Both the position numbers and the translations under genes were made by a program. The notes under the pieces were generated by a model that searched no databases, was not told the origin of the DNA, and saw only the letters and a list, made by a program, of their open reading frames with translations. From Octopus bimaculoides (taxonomy: Eukaryota), in assembly GCF_001194135.2 (NCBI RefSeq), contig NC_068989.1:48293607-48357606 (forward strand): a DNA stretch of 64,000 bases, given 5' to 3'. Shown in pieces: positions 62,499 to 64,000 of this stretch. Position 1 is the first letter of the stretch; each line of letters starts with the position of its first letter.

Positions 62499-63226
62499 GT
62501 ATGTGCTGAATACTTTAAGTGAACTTTTATTTGTTAATTAATTTTGGGGGCTAAAATATATTTAAGTATCATAAAATCTTCATGTAATCTCCTTTATTGT
62601 GACAGCCAGAACTGCAGCATTTTATCATTATGAACAAAGTGAGCTCGTCATATTATATTTATTTAGTTGTCCAAATAACAAAATAACAATCAGCTCTTGC
62701 ATTGCATCTTTTTTCATGCACTCCTTTGTTGAGCATTCAACTTTACAGTCCAAACCAAAATAATGCAAAAAACAAAAATATTGAAAAATACTTGACTGCC
62801 CAAGTCATTTTACTTGCTTGAAGAACTTTTAATGTATATGTTGCAACTGTGACTATTCTATATGATTTTTTTTCTCTTTTGTCAACTCTCTCAATATATT
62901 GAGCAAAATTTAATATAATTCCTGATAAAAATTATTTCAGAACAATACAATTTAAAACAAATGCTAACTCCTATCTAACTAATTATCATGAATTGTATTA
63001 AATTTATTGAATATTATTGTAACCCTTGTTCACTATTTTGTCAGTGTTTGTGTTTGTGTGTGTGTGTGTGTGTGTGCGTGCACGTGCGCGCACATGTGTG
63101 TGTGTGTGTACATACACACATGGAATTTTGGTTTAAGCACCCCATATAACTCCTTATAACTTTTTCTGTTGGACTTAGAAAATTTTTGCGAATTTGTGTT
63201 TTAAACACTGGAGTTGATACGATTGT

Positions 63227-63296
<70 letters not shown>

Positions 63297-63867
63297 CTTT
63301 CTGTTTATCCCCCACCAGGTGTTGGTATGTTTATGTCCCCATAACTTAGTAATTCAGCCAAAGAGATTCATAGAATAAGTATCAAGCTTAAAAAATAAAA
63401 TAAGTACTGGGGCCAATTAGTTTGACAAAAATTTCAAAGTGGTGCCCCAACTTGGTCACAGTCTAATGACTGAAACGAGTAAGAGATAAAAGACATTACA
63501 CACACATATATATAAATATTTTTTTTCTTGGAACCATGTCTGCATCAATGAATTATTGAATTTAACTTTTCTCTGAAAGATAATGAGGCGATAATGTTGG
63601 GTGTCAAAAACATTGAGTGATCAAGAATGACCAATGAATGTGTGATTGAAAGAAAGACAGGGAATTATTTGTTTATGTGAACTCAAACTGATCAATGAAT
63701 TGGATCTTTTTGGTGCAGACCTGTTCAAAAAAGCCATAATATGAAAATTGTAATCTTCATAATTAGAGGTCTTAATAATATAGATTATATGAAACTTTCA
63801 GTTAATTTTAATTATAGTGTTTAACTGGTGTTTGATTATGAGAATATATTTTGGTTCTCAATACTAG

Positions 63868-63913
63868 GAACAAGTAAAATCTGGAGAAAAGAAAAACCCA
63901 CCTTCTGTGGATG
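63868..63913 (+). CDS. SAT-like copy 2, coding exon 2 (EQVKSGEKKNPPSVD); gene continues beyond the window
   Basis: ttttggttctcaatactag|GAACAAG...GTGGATG|gtaagt; same 46-nt length and phases as 37131-37176, with similar acceptor flank. Confidence 0.87.
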
Positions 63914-64000
63914 GTAAGTATATGTCCCTTATTGCTTAACTTTGTTCCAATCAGTCTTGAATGTGAAATAATAATTAGTGTATTTACAAACATGAAAATT

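Overview
AT-rich, repeat-dense animal genomic DNA with many N-gaps. The SINE families look like those I know from octopus assemblies, so a coleoid cephalopod origin is inferred. The six-frame ORF track misses the real genes because they are split into small exons. Reading splice sites by eye gives (i) a complete five-coding-exon gene on the + strand (31934-46868, 173 aa) homologous to spermidine/spermine (diamine) N1-acetyltransferase (SAT1/SAT2, GNAT fold), and (ii) the first two coding exons of a tandem paralogue (62430-62498, 63868-63913) running off the window end. The complete copy keeps the SSAT scaffold, length and most intron phases. It has lost the acetyl-CoA-binding motif A (RGxGxG), the Glu92 and Tyr140 equivalents and the LAxYE segment, so it looks like a pseudo-enzyme. 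About 0.86 kb past its stop codon is a type I minimal hammerhead ribozyme candidate in sense orientation, preceded by its own antisense arm. The rest is decayed mobile DNA: R4/Dong, L1/Tx1, RTE and Penelope-like retroelements, a solo LTR, hAT, mariner, Tigger/pogo, piggyBac-like and Helitron elements, MITEs, tRNA-derived SINEs and microsatellites. Human SAT1 comparisons are from memory and need a database check.
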